A stretch of 63,702 nucleotides of DNA, counting the filler, from Octopus bimaculoides (lineage: Eukaryota), in the NCBI RefSeq assembly GCF_001194135.2. It is 8 parts of 7 records of this genome, joined end to end, with 100 filler letters (N's around TTAATTAATTAA, not from the genome) between each part and the next. Parts side by side here need not be neighbours in the genome. Positions count along the whole stretch, not along the records: positions 45,431 to 52,690 come from NC_068993.1; positions 52,791 to 55,931 come from NW_026349023.1; positions 56,032 to 58,787 come from NC_068987.1; positions 58,888 to 61,927 come from NC_068982.1; positions 62,028 to 63,702 come from NW_026307601.1; 3 more parts are not named here. One strand, written 5' to 3'. The position numbers and the translations under genes are program-made. The notes below the pieces were generated by a model. That model did not search any database. It worked only from the letters and a program-made list of their open reading frames with translations, and had not been told where the DNA came from. Shown in pieces: positions 50,182-63,072 of this stretch (its first letter is position 1; each line of letters starts with the position of its first letter).

Positions 50182-51329
50182 TTACATATGCATATATATA
50201 TATGTATATGTATGTATATATGTATCTATATATAGATGAGAGAAAGAGACGGAGAGAAAGAGAGAGAGATTGGGTTTTACTTTCTTGGAGCGAAAGCAAA
50301 AATCAATTATATACATACCAACAATATCATTCTCCTCTCAGAATATTGGCATTTGCAGCTCTCCCTGTCTTCAACCTCACTCTGAATACTAATCCCAGCT
50401 CATAAATATAGGTGTCAGATTCAGGTTTATTCTAACAATTAGCTATTTGGTCAATGGTGTCCATAGCATTAGTTAATAGTTTCACTGAATTGTAAGCTTT
50501 ATACGCTGTTACAAAATCTCTTTGCTAGTAAACAATAATATAGGTGACTAATTTTTATATATAGAATTACTCATGCGAAGAAAGCACATAAATCTTTTGG
50601 TAAGCATTTAGGAGAGTATGGGGGAAGAAGGAGAGACAGAGAGGCAGAGAAGATGGTAGAAAACGAAGAAAAAATAGAGAAAAGAAAGGGATTTAAATGA
50701 TAATACAATGCATAATCATATAAAAAAAAAGGGTAAGATGGGAGAAAAAAAAATAAGGATGTTTCGTCTTTATCTGTGTGACTAGCTTACATCGGAAGAT
50801 AGGATATATATTGTTCCCGTTTGTCTTTTGTTGTGATTTGTTCTTCAATTTTATATAAAGGTTTGAAATTTAATTCTCATATGCTAGAAATAGTTGGAAC
50901 TAAATATAAGGAAGTTAGAATAAGACTCTACGTGTATAATATATTATCAGGAAATTCACCGATGAATTGATAAGTTGCCAACAGAAACACCGACAGTTCG
51001 TCTCCTGATATCGTCGCTGCTGTATGGTCAAATGACAAGACAATTTACCTTGAAAATGCTCAGTCTGTTAGCCTTCATGCAGGTACTTTATGGTGGAATG
51101 GTTTACTTAATGGCTTATTTAATGGTTTATTTCTGTACCGGTGTTTTAGTATCTGCACCAGATACTAAAACCAAGAATCAGTTCTTTAACTTGTTCAGCT
51201 CATTCTAGAGGTTATGGGACTTACTCCAGTTCTATAATACATACATACAGACAAAAATACCCTGTCATTGATGTTGAAATTCCTATGAAGGAGTCTTGGA
51301 TCTAGGTTAGAAACCGGTTCTTTCTCTAT

Positions 51330-51419
<90 letters not shown>

Positions 51420-51818
51420 TATATAATCACGAATGACGGAAATAATTTGATGAAATTTTGCCCGGATTAAAGAAAATAATGAAATTTAAAAATGCCTTTT
51501 AGATCTCTAACATGAAACATGGATTATGCAGTTCTCAGCAGTAATTAGCTGAGATACAAACTATTGAAATCAATAACATGTTTTATCCGATGTTCCCACT
51601 ATTAGAATTATTAAAAAACCAGGTAGTTCTTTGCTTTTGCAATCACCTTCAATTACCAGTACTTATTTGAAACACGTTGAACCTGGAAATGCATAAATTT
51701 GAGAAGAACCGGCCTGCGGACGCTTCTCTCCTGTTAATATGTACATTTAGCAAAAATTCTATCAGATGACGTGAGTATATACATATGTGTTAAAATAAAT
51801 CCGGAAATCAATCACAGT

Positions 51819-52488
51819 TTAATTATCTAAAGCTTCTAAATATACGATGTTTTGAGTATGTCCTTTAAATGGTGTATAAATGAAAAGATTTTGGGGACTT
51901 TCAGCTCGCGACCATTTTACATATAATTGCCCATGAGAGAAACAAAGGTGAAGTCCATTAACCTTGAGAGTCTGTCCTTGAGGCTTGTTTATTGACAGAG
52001 CGAAACTTAGTATTGGAACCGTTTAAATTCAAAGAGGAGGTCATATGAGATTAACGGGATCCGTGAAATGAAGACATCCTCACCCTTATAATTCTCAGTC
52101 ATAATTGTTGTCTCTAGGACATGGGGTCGCATCGCTTTCACCACTTGTCTAGTGCCATTGCACAGACGAGGTGGATCCAGATTCCTCAGCAGCATGATTG
52201 GGGCTCCCTTTTAAGTGTTAAGTGGTGAGGTAACATCTCAGATGGCTGTAGAGAGTTCAGGAACTCAATTGGAAAAACTGTAGCCTGGTTTTGAGTAATG
52301 ACAGTGTCGAGAGATTTGAAAGACTGTTCTTGTCCAGGCAACAGCTGCAAGAGATCCCAGTTGATTTTGTTGACAGCATCATTACATGGGGTTAAGATGG
52401 CTCGCTCACAGAGCCATTGACTGTTGCTAAAGCTTTGAGCAATATTTGGAAGCACATGTATTATGAGATCATTGACAGTTGGTACCAT
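51819..52488 (-). mobile_element. Helitron Rep/Hel PIF1-type helicase C-terminal relic
   Basis: WLCERAILTPCNDAVNKIN, FLNSLQPS, MLLRNLDPPRLCNGTR, INKPQGQTLKV, CFSHGQLYV..SR, NIVYLEAL; frameshifted. Confidence 0.88.
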
Positions 52489-52690
52489 CTCACCACAGGC
52501 TTTCTGCCCCCACCCCGAATTTGGATGATGATAACTTTCAGAAAAAGGGGTATTTTTTAAGGAAATTTTCTACGAATATGTATTATCTCATGCAGATTCG
52601 GAACATACAATATTTTTTTTGGGGGGGTAGAGTGTTTTAAGAGGGGTGGGGGTGGATTTTCGGAAAATTCACCGGTGTCCACTTCAATTC

Positions 52691-52790
52691 NNNNNNNNNN
52701 NNNNNNNNNNNNNNNNNNNNNNNNNNNNNNNNNNTTAATTAATTAANNNNNNNNNNNNNNNNNNNNNNNNNNNNNNNNNNNNNNNNNNNN
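52691..52790. other. Artificial 100-bp assembly spacer
   Basis: 44 N + TTAATTAATTAA + 44 N. Confidence 0.95.
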
Positions 52791-52889
52791 ACTCTCTCCC
52801 TTCCTCTCATTTTATAGACATCATCTGGCTTTGCAAGTACGCTTGCACACAGTACCTGGATTGTCTCCGTGCTTATCTGGTTAAAAATA

Positions 52890-52928
<39 letters not shown>

Positions 52929-53175
52929 GTGTGTGTAGCAGCCACCAAGATAGATAATCGCTTAAGCTCTGCATCTTATCAGTACGTTAGAAGGGTCAGT
53001 GAATCCTAGCTCACATTTAATCCATCTCGACAAAATCTGCATACCCGAGAAGACTATTAGTAGTAAGTAATTAGAAAGAAACAAACAGCCGACAGAATCA
53101 GACGACACACTTGGAGTAGCCAGACCCGTACACTACACTCTGTAATATATTTCATCTTTTTTCAATACCAATACT

Positions 53176-53295
53176 ATGGCCTCGTTACTTGAGTATCATG
53201 GACCATATTCAATAGAAATGACACATGAGATACCGCGACCGTTTATCCGCACGGCACCAAGTTCTGCTCCACCACCAACCTATGCACATCCGTTG
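53176..53295 (+). CDS. Candidate first coding exon ([40 protein letters not shown]) of an unidentified gene
   Basis: Kozak-like ACTATGG, 40 non-repetitive codons ending at a perfect donor TTG|GTAAGT (phase 0). Confidence 0.55.
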
Positions 53296-53406
53296 GTAAG
53301 TATGGTCAAATACTATCATCACCGCTATAACTTTACATATTATTGTTTACTATCCTCTCTGGGCTTAATATTCAATAGAATGAGAAAGATAAAATGGGTA
53401 AGAAGA

Positions 53407-53522
<116 letters not shown>

Positions 53523-55052
53523 ATGTCTCTCTTCCAATATATATATAATAGTAAATATGTTTTTACTGGCGTGCGCGCGCACACATACACAGGTATACAT
53601 TTATCTATANNNNNNNNNNNNNNNNNNNNNNNNNNNNNNNNNNNNNNNNNNNNNNNNNNNNNNNNNNNNNNNNNNNNNNNNNNNNNNNNNNNNNNNNNNN
53701 NNNNNNNNNNNNNNNNNNNNNNNNNNNNNNNNNNNNNNNNNNNNNNNNNNNNNNNNNNNNNNNNNNNNNNNNNNNNNNNNNNNNNNNNNNNNNNNNNNNN
53801 NNNNNNNNNNNNNNNNNNNNNNNNNNNNNNNNNNNNNNNNNNNNNNNNNNNNNNNATATATATATATATATATATATATACACGCACGCACACACACACA
53901 CACACACAAGTATTTGCATATATGTGTGTACATATAAACTTATATATCTTCATAACCACCGTCGATGCTGGTATGTCTTGGATGCGTTGTTAAGGTCCGA
54001 GTGAGTTTTTATTCGTAGTTGCTGCTTCCTTAGATGTGGGGCGAACAATATCTCGCTTGTATATTTCCTTTTGGACATGGGTGCATTATATTGTGGTACC
54101 AGCCCTATAGATGTTGTCTCGCACATGACAAGACCAAAGGGTTCATTCGACTCTATCCTTTACAGAGTGTGCTGTTTGCGTTTAATTGTAGCGCTGGCTC
54201 TAGAAAAATTTTATATCCTTAAAAAGTCTAAAGGACACGCTTAACCCCAAATCTTTATTTGCTCTATTCCCAATTCCGTATTATAATAGCTTGGGTAGAT
54301 ATATGATACTAGAAAGGTTTTTTAATGTCCTAAACATGTCTAAATGGACTATTCGATCCCAAGTTTCTGTTCTCCCAGCAAATCCGTTACTGAATATCGA
54401 TTTATAATGGCATTAGTGGGTTTTTATGTCATTAAACAAGACTAAAAGCCATACTTGACCCTGCACATCGTTGCTCGCTCCCGTCAACGTCGTTATGGAA
54501 TGTCTTGGATAGAATTATAATGGCATTACCACTTGTAAGATTGTCTTGTACCCTCTAAGATTTGGGAGGGCACATCACTCTTGCATGTTGGCTTACTCAA
54601 AGCTACATAAATGAAGAACTGAATAGAAAAGAAGAGCGATAACAGAAGAAGAATAAAAATGGGTGAAAGATGGGTTCACGAGGGTGTTAGTAGAAACAAT
54701 GATTGAGATGATAAAGTGGATGGTAGAGGGCTGGGAGAATGATGGATAGTAATAGGGATGAATAAATGTTAAGAGTAAATGAGAGATGTCTAGACAAGAT
54801 GACCGGGGTAAGTGGAAATATAAAAGCGATAATGGTAGAGCGCAGCGGGTACCAATATTTTCTGATGTGATCCCAAATTCCTTATTCTTAGAGATTGATG
54901 ACTGAGTGAGCGTAGAAAGGTTCAGAGATTAAGGAGTTGTTGCGAGTATTGCAGAAATGAGAGGGATAGATACGTAGGTCCAGTGATAGACCTAATTGCA
55001 CTGTAGGGATCTACAACCATTTTTAGTCTTACTGACAGTGTAGAGGGAGCGA

Positions 55053-55098
<46 letters not shown>

Positions 55099-55125
55099 TG
55101 TGTATTTGTATGTGCGTTGCATCTA

Positions 55126-55156
<31 letters not shown>

Positions 55157-55479
55157 GTCTATATTGATGTGTGTGTATATCTGTGTGTGCATAATAAATA
55201 TCCAATATATATATATATATATATATANNNNNNNNNNNNNNNNNNNNNNNNNNNNNNNNNNNNNNNNNNNNNNNNNNNNNNNNNNNNNNNNNNNNNNNNN
55301 NNNNNNNNNNNNNNNNNNNNNNNNNNNNNNNNNNNNNNNNNNNNNNNNNNNNNNNNNNNNNNNNNNNNNNNNNNNNNNNNNNNNNNNNNNNNNNNNNNNN
55401 NNNNNNNNNNNNNNNNNNNNNNNNNNNNNNNNNNNNNNNNNNNNNNNNNNNNNNNNNNNNNNNNNNNNNNNNNNNNNNN

Positions 55480-55523
<44 letters not shown>

Positions 55524-55931
55524 TTGAATATACGCACAAAGGCAAATGCATATAGTTTGCTTTGGATCACGACAATATCTTTCAGTTGTGTATCGTTTTG
55601 TTTTTGACAGTTTCTTCGAAGTTTCTACTTAATGAGTGTATGTGAATATAGGAATGCATGTGTGAAAATATATGTACGAATGTATGAATATATGTATGTG
55701 TGTGTGTGTGTGTGTGTGTGAATATATACATGTATGTACGAATATATGTATGTATAAATGTGTGTATATGTATGAATATGTATGAATATACATATTGTAT
55801 ACTATACATATTGTGTACGTGTGTGTATACGTATATATATACATACACGTTAATGAATTTGTGTTGCAAGATATACATATTGTATATAAATATATATATA
55901 TATATACGTATATATATATATATATATATAT

Positions 55932-56031
55932 NNNNNNNNNNNNNNNNNNNNNNNNNNNNNNNNNNNNNNNNNNNNTTAATTAATTAANNNNNNNNNNNNN
56001 NNNNNNNNNNNNNNNNNNNNNNNNNNNNNNN
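55932..56031. other. Artificial 100-bp assembly spacer
   Basis: 44 N + TTAATTAATTAA + 44 N. Confidence 0.95.
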
Positions 56032-56074
56032 TATATGTACATACCTACATCTATATGTATACATAGATGCATGT

Positions 56075-56219
56075 ATGGGTAGGGTACAGGACATTAAAAA
56101 AACCTTAAGCACAATGAGAAACGAAAACATAGAAAACGAACTTCTTTCGAATAACGAAAAAAAAACAGAGAAACGAGACATGCGACATAAAGAGTATACC
56201 CCTTCGTCAGTTATCCCTG

Positions 56220-56224
<5 letters not shown>
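56075..56224. mobile_element. Family P3-related short repeat
   Basis: GGGTACAGGACA...CCCCTTCGTCAGTT flanked by (TA)n. Confidence 0.55.
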
Positions 56225-56300
<76 letters not shown>

Positions 56301-56314
56301 CATACATATTTTTT

Positions 56315-56524
56315 CTTTTACTTTATTCTTTTATTTGTTTCTCTCATTTGACTGCGGCCATGCTGGAACACCACCCTCTAGTCGAACAAATTGACCTCAG
56401 GACTTATTTTTGTAAGCGTAGTACTTATCGTATGGTTCTTTTATGCCGAACCGCTAAGTTACGAGGACGTAAACGCACCAACATCAGTTATTCAGCGATG
56501 GTAGAGGGACAACCACAGACACAG

Positions 56525-56530
<6 letters not shown>
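56315..56530 (-). mobile_element. SINE family A, tail half
   Basis: Matches the family A tail up to the (CA)n tract. Confidence 0.85.
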
Positions 56531-56588
<58 letters not shown>

Positions 56589-56819
56589 ATATATCATTGC
56601 TATTATACACGGTGTTCGATATCTTGGCATCTGAAGCAGCTGGAGATACGATAGTTTGACCAAAAGAAACGGCTATTGCAAGCTAAAATAAATATTGATA
56701 AAAAAGACATTTGGTGACATATATACATATATATGTATATATATATATGCGTGTGTGTATATGTATGTATATATATGTATATATATGTATATAAATATGT
56801 AAATATATATATACAGAGA

Positions 56820-56995
56820 GAGACTGGAAAAACAACCAACAACTGATGAAGGGTCGTTCTTTATGTTGGTTGTTTTGTTTTCTATTTGTGTCTTTCGTTG
56901 TTCGAAAGAATAGTTCACGTTCCATGTATTTGTACTTGTACGTTTTTGTCGTACACGTTTTGTGACATTCTGTGCCAACATATGCACATATATAT
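56820..56995. mobile_element. Family P3 short repeat, reverse orientation
   Basis: Reverse complement aligns with 35845-36000. Confidence 0.65.
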
Positions 56996-57027
56996 ACGTA
57001 TAGGTATATGTATGTACATATATATAT

Positions 57028-57120
<93 letters not shown>

Positions 57121-57139
57121 AGATAGATAGATAGATAGA

Positions 57140-57403
57140 AGTAAAATCTATTTGCCAACGTAAGGTGGCAGTCCTGCGTAGGACCACGTTACTACATTTT
57201 AACGCCAGGAAAACATATTTTCCAGCTGGTTATTGATGCACAATCTGTATCCGAAATGTGCTGTGAGCAAGGGATCGTACTACTGTCTCTTAGCCACTAG
57301 CAGTACCAACAGTCCAATGATTTCTCGGTAATTTTCCTGAGATTAAAAAGTAGTAACATGGTTCTACGCAGGACTGCCACTTTACACTGGCAAAGATTAT
57401 ACT
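57140..57403. mobile_element. MITE with about 60-bp terminal inverted repeats, superfamily unassigned
   Basis: TTTGCCAACGTAAGGTGGCAGTCCTGCGTAGGACCACGTTACTAC / GTAGTAACATGGTTCTACGCAGGACTGCCACTTTACACTGGCAAA; TSD not resolved. Confidence 0.75.
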
Positions 57404-58787
57404 ATGAAGTATAGTTACTGCATAGATCATATTCAGAGATTTTAAAGTCAGTTGGGTGTGAAGTTAGGGTATTTCCAAAGAAGCACTCAACCCAAATACT
57501 GGGCGATCAGCACTGTCGGGATCCAACCCAAGCCCAGAGTATTTTTGGTGTAGAAAATCAAAGTTTCGCAATGATCATATTGTCATAGAGTTTGGCGAAG
57601 AATAAATCCAATGAAAAGACAAAATTCTTTAACACAATTTTCTTTGTCTTATCAAAGTATATGCGTGTATATATATATATATATAACTTTATATTTACAC
57701 GAATATATAATACTGGTTCTGCTGCATATTTTGAAACGAATACACACACACACACATATATATATATACATACATATCACTTTTAAGTTTATGTCTATAG
57801 ATTTTCTACAGAAATCAGACCCAGACTAAAATGTCTTTTCAAACAATGCTATCGAAGATAGAAAACATAGGTGTTTTTACACTTTCATGAGCACCACATC
57901 CAACCATCAACTTGTCACGAAAACATTGCTTAAATACCCACAAGCTATAACGGTGTAACATAATTGGATAACACGATTTACATATTAAACACATTTCATA
58001 TGACATTATATTTTCTTATATCTTATATTTTATTATATTTTATCTATATTTATATGGATTACCTACTATAAAAATGTATGTATATCTGTATAATGCGTCT
58101 GTATGTGTGACTGAATGTTACTATCATCCTATGTATGCTTTGATATACAATATATTTGATAGAAATAGATTGCTTTCAGAATCTATTCAATACACGCGTC
58201 TCTGAATCTATCGATGTATGTATACATCCTCTATTTATGTTGTATGGTATTTGATAGGCCTGTATTATTCTATGTTGTTCAAATACATGACACTGACCTC
58301 TCTGAGTTATTTCTCTTGCTTCATATGTGTTTAAATTACGCAAATTACTCAAGCCATAAATGTGTTCCGCTCATTTTGTATATATGAAAGAACCTTGGCT
58401 CTGGGAGATAAATTACGATAGTTGACGTGATGATGACGGCTACTGCGTCAGAAACATACGCATTTGACTGTCCGTTATCTTCAGACAATAAACCTGTAGT
58501 TTTCAATAATGGCATGTGAACGCTGAAAAATTTATGATTCTTGAGATATTGCTGTCAACTATTCGTTCGCTAGCTTTGCCTCTTCAAAGATATGTTAAAT
58601 AAGAGAACCTTTACTTGAAAAACTGTTATGTGACATATATGTCATACAGTTGTTACGCAATGCCTCCGTAATATTTTAACCCATACAATCATAGGAAAAC
58701 AGCCGTAAAAACATTGTGAGTGGATTCAGACAAAATCTGAAGGAAGCCCGTCGTATACATACATACATACATACATATATATATATA

Positions 58788-58887
58788 NNNNNNNNNNNNN
58801 NNNNNNNNNNNNNNNNNNNNNNNNNNNNNNNTTAATTAATTAANNNNNNNNNNNNNNNNNNNNNNNNNNNNNNNNNNNNNNNNNNNN
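58788..58887. other. Artificial 100-bp assembly spacer
   Basis: 44 N + TTAATTAATTAA + 44 N. Confidence 0.95.
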
Positions 58888-58900
58888 CTACATCAACATC

Positions 58901-59049
58901 AGTACTCAACTGGTACTTCTTTTATCGACTCCGAATGGATGAAAGGCGAAGTCGACCTCGGTGGAATTTGAACTCGGAGCGTAAAAACGGACAAAATGTC
59001 GTTAAGCATTTTGCATGGCGTGTTAATGATTCTACCAAGCTCGCTGCCT
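58901..59049 (-). mobile_element. SINE family C (tRNA-like head + Deu/Nin-like domain), best copy
   Basis: Minus strand ...GAGTTCAAATTCCACCGAGGTCGACTTCGCCTTTCATCCATTCGGAGTCGATAAAAGAAGTACCAG. Confidence 0.85.
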
Positions 59050-59373
59050 TCACACACATAAAATTTGAATTCTATAGAAAAATATGTGAAAAATTCAAAG
59101 GAAAACTTTTGAGGGAGAGATGAAGAGCAGGGACGTAGTGAAGATAGAAAAAGACGATGTGAAGAGGGAGGAGAATGGGATGGGAAAGGTAATGGAATAA
59201 TGAAAGCTGGAGGAAGCTGGAGAGCAGAGTACAAGAGAAAAAGTTAAAAGATAAAATAAGGGAACGAGGTGATGGAGAAAGGAGAAAATGGGAGAGAAAA
59301 AACAAGAGGTAGTGGGGAAAAGGGAGAAAAATATGCAAGTAGTAGTAGTAGTATCAGCAGCAGCAGCAGCAAG

Positions 59374-59500
59374 GGAGGCGTGTGGTCTAGTGGTTAGGTT
59401 GTGGTTTCAATTCCCGGACCGGGCAATGTATTATGTTCTTGAACAAAGCACTTCATTTCACATTGCACCAGTCCAGTCAGTTGGCAAATGTGAGTAATCC
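59374..59500 (+). mobile_element. tRNA-derived SINE head (another family), internally deleted
   Basis: A box TGGTCTAGTGG, B-box-like GGTTTCAATTCCC, followed by TGTTCTTGAACAAAGCACTTCATTTCAC. Confidence 0.7.
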
Positions 59501-60892
59501 TGAAAACGTTAGGAATCTTTCAAACATTGGATCGCAGGGGGAAGTCATCATTGAACTCTTTATCTTCATTTAGAGTAGTGGTTCTCAACCACTTTCTTTT
59601 GTAGCTATGAACCTCTTTGAAATTACAGTAGCGACATGTTATTGTTTCACTTTTGACAAATGCATATATATATATATATGTGTATATATACATACATATA
59701 TATATANNNNNNNNNNNNNNNNNNNNNNNNNNNNNNNNNNNNNNNNNNNNNNNNNNNNNNNNNNNNNNNNNNNNNNNNNNNNNNNNNNNNNNNNNNNNNN
59801 NNNNNNNNNNNNNNNNNNNNNNNNNNNNNNNNNNNNNNNNNNNNNNNNNNNNNNNNNNNNNNNNNNNNNNNNNNNNNNNNNNNNNNNNNNNNNNNNNNNN
59901 NNNNNNNNNNNNNNNNNNNNNNNNNNNNNNNNNNNNNNNNNNNNNNNNNNNNNNNNNNNNNNNNNNNNNNNNNNNNNNNNNNNNNNNNNNNNNNNNNNNN
60001 NNNNNNNNNNNNNNNNNNNNNNNNNNNNNNNNNNNNNNNNNNNNNNNNNNNNNNNNNNNNNNNNNNNNNNNNNNNNNNNNNNNNNNNNNNNNNNNNNNNN
60101 NNNNNNNNNNNNNNNNNNNNNNNNNNNNNNNNNNNNNNNNNNNNNNNNNNNNNNNNNNNNNNNNNNNNNNNNNNNNNNNNNNNNNNNNNNNNNNNNNNNN
60201 NNNNNNNNNNNNNNNNNNNNNNNNNNNNNNNNNNNNNNNNNNNNNNNNNNNNNNNNNNNNNNNNNNNNNNNNNNNNNNNNNNNNNNNNNNNNNNNNNNNN
60301 NNNNNNNNNNNNNNNNNNNNNNNNNNNNNNNNNNNNNNNNNNNNNNNNNNNNNNNNNNNNNNNNNNNNNNNNNNNNNNNNNNNNNNNNNNNNNNNNNNNN
60401 NNNNNNNNNNNNNNNNNNNNNNNNNNNNNNNNNNNNNNNNNNNNNNNNNNNNNNNNNNNNNNNNNNNNNNNNNNNNNNNNNNNNNNNNNNNNNNNNNNNN
60501 NNNNNNNNNNNNNNNNNNNNNNNNNNNNNNNNNNNNNNNNNNNNNNNNNNNNNNNNNNNNNNNNNNNNNNNNNNNNNNNNATATATATATATATATATAT
60601 ATAAACAATAAATTAAATAGAGGAATACAATTGACAATCTAACAGTTTATTTCTATTATAATACAATATAAGTACGATCATTGCTAGAAACAGCAGCCGG
60701 TAAATCATTGGCACTATGTAGATATATATTGTTATTAGTATATATTATTGAAATAGCCAGTGATTGTTTTCAACTTAAATGCATTTGAATTGATATAATT
60801 GGAGAAATATAGAAACATTTTGAAAGTTGTAGATTTTCTGTACTCATCTTTTTTGTCTGTTATTTTTATTCTTTTATAGTACTTGTTATGTA

Positions 60893-60965
60893 CAGACTGT
60901 CCTCATTTAACGACCGAATTACGTTCCAACAGCCCCGTCGTTGAGCAAATTCGTCGTTAAACTAA
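60893..60965. mobile_element. Tigger/pogo-like terminal fragment
   Basis: TA|CAGACTGTCCTCATTTAACGACC..GTCGTTAA; the other end was not found. Confidence 0.45.
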
Positions 60966-61629
60966 TATTCATAGGGTACGTATTTTTTTTTACAGGTATA
61001 GTGTACTGTATGTACATATAAAAACAGAATACCATACTGTATAAAGTATATGCAGTAAAGGGCCAAGGATCACTAACATAAATTGTTGAAAAATGAATAA
61101 GTAACGGTAAGATTATCACAAGGAAAACCTTACAAGTTAGGATATGAATACTGTATTATTGTAGCTCAGACATCGTAAGTATGTTTGTGATTCCAGGNNN
61201 NNNNNNNNNNNNNNNNNNNNNNNNNNNNNNNNNNNNNNNNNNNNNNNNNNNNNNNNNNNNNNNNNNNNNNNNNNNNNNNNNNNNNNNNNNNNNNNNNCAG
61301 TCAAATGACTGAAACAAGTAAAAGAGTAAAAGAGTATGTACTCAATGCATGAAGTGTCATTGTTGGGCCCAAGGCCTAATGAAGGGCCCTCAATAGGAGC
61401 TAGCTCAAAAGCCGCCCCATTTATACAAGAAGTATAAATATTATTAAAAATAATATTATTATCAGCAAGAATAAAGCACCGTAAAAGGTAGAATTATAGA
61501 TATATAAAGTGGATGCCCACGAAGTATGATCATTGTATGTATATATGCGTATATATATATATGTATATGTATGTATATATGTGCGTGTGTGCGTGTGTGT
61601 ATATATGTATATATCCATATATGTGTGTA

Positions 61630-61875
61630 GAAAGAAGACTGTCGTATATATGTGTATATTTGTGTGTGTGTGTGCGTCTGTATTTGTACCCCCACCATTA
61701 CTTGACAACCGATGTTGCTGTGTTTGCGCTCCCATAACTAAGCGGTTTGGCAAAAGACACTAATAGAATAAGTACTAGGCTTACAAAGAATAAATCCTGT
61801 TGTGGATTTTTTTTCGACCAAAGACGGTGCTCCAGCATAGCCGCAGTCACATAACTGAAACAAGCAAAACAATAA
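61630..61875 (+). mobile_element. SINE family A, tail half with end of head
   Basis: GAAAGAAGACTGTCG, microsatellite, then the family A tail. Confidence 0.85.
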
Positions 61876-61897
61876 AAAAAAGTATGCAATTTTTTAT

Positions 61898-61925
61898 CCT
61901 GAGCAAAGTCGGGTATCTCTGCTAA
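61898..61925 (+). mobile_element. Possible Helitron 3' terminus
   Basis: Short hairpin CCTGAGCAAAGTCGGG about 8 nt upstream of CTAA (decayed CTAG). Confidence 0.35.
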
Positions 61926-61927
61926 TA

Positions 61928-62027
61928 NNNNNNNNNNNNNNNNNNNNNNNNNNNNNNNNNNNNNNNNNNNNTTAATTAATTAANNNNNNNNNNNNNNNNN
62001 NNNNNNNNNNNNNNNNNNNNNNNNNNN
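61928..62027. other. Artificial 100-bp assembly spacer
   Basis: 44 N + TTAATTAATTAA + 44 N. Confidence 0.95.
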
Positions 62028-62185
62028 GTGCGTGTATATGGTTCTGCTAATTACAGCTTAATGGTAAAATTCAAAAGTCTTCGTTTTGGCGCGCTAATTC
62101 CAGGAATATGTCTGCAGAAAATATTTACTGCGTCGCATATATCCAGTATGAGAACTCGGTAATGGTTAATATATTTATATATATA

Positions 62186-62347
62186 CGACAAGCTTCTTTC
62201 AGTTTCCGTCTACCAAATCCACTCACAAGGCTTTGGTCGACCCGAGGCTATAGTAGAAGACATTTGCCCAAGGTGCCACGAAGTGGGAATGAACCCGGAA
62301 CCATGTGGTTGGTAAGCAAGCTACTTACCACACAGCCACTCCTGCCT
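62186..62347 (-). mobile_element. SINE family A, head half
   Basis: Matches the family A head. Confidence 0.9.
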
Positions 62348-62403
62348 CCGGTGACTGTGACAGGTAAACAATGAAAAATAAAATATGTGTATGCGTGTGC
62401 CTA

Positions 62404-62545
62404 AAGAAGAAGAAGAAGAAGAAGAAGAAGAAGAAGAAGAAGAAGAAGAAGAAGAAGAAGAAGAAGAAGAAGAAGAAGAAGAAGAAGAAGAAGGAGAAGA
62501 AGAAGAAGAAGAAGAAGAAGAAGAAGAAGAAGAAGAAGAAGAAGA
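62404..62545. repeat. Long (GAA)n microsatellite
   Basis: Near-perfect tract with one GGA interruption. Confidence 0.97.
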
Positions 62546-62831
62546 TGTCTGTTGGCATGAGTATTTAAATGAAATCGAACGTGTCAATGGTGTTTCATTG
62601 TTCAATAAAACGAGGTTAGTTTCATTTGACAATATGGCCACTTTAATTTAGTCGTTATGAACAAACAAGACTTAGGGTGAAACCTGTTTTTACAGAGATT
62701 CTACGGCTGATAAGAATAGACTACGTGACACTTTAATGTCTTTATGGCTATATATGCGTGTGCATCCGTGTCTGCGAGTGCGTGTATGTATGTGTGTATA
62801 TGTATGCGTGTACCTATGCGTATATATACTC

Positions 62832-62869
<38 letters not shown>

Positions 62870-62982
62870 TTATATACATGTATATTCATTATATATGTAT
62901 ATTTTCATGTATGTCTATATACATATATGTGTGTGTGCGTGTGTGTGTACATCAGTACGTATGTATGTATATATGTATGTAC

Positions 62983-63013
<31 letters not shown>

Positions 63014-63017
63014 CATA

Positions 63018-63072
<55 letters not shown>

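Noticed and set aside
56835-56930. Hammerhead with long stem II in the P3 copy (CUGAUGA ... CGAAA)
   Set aside because: No convincing pairing for stem I or II.
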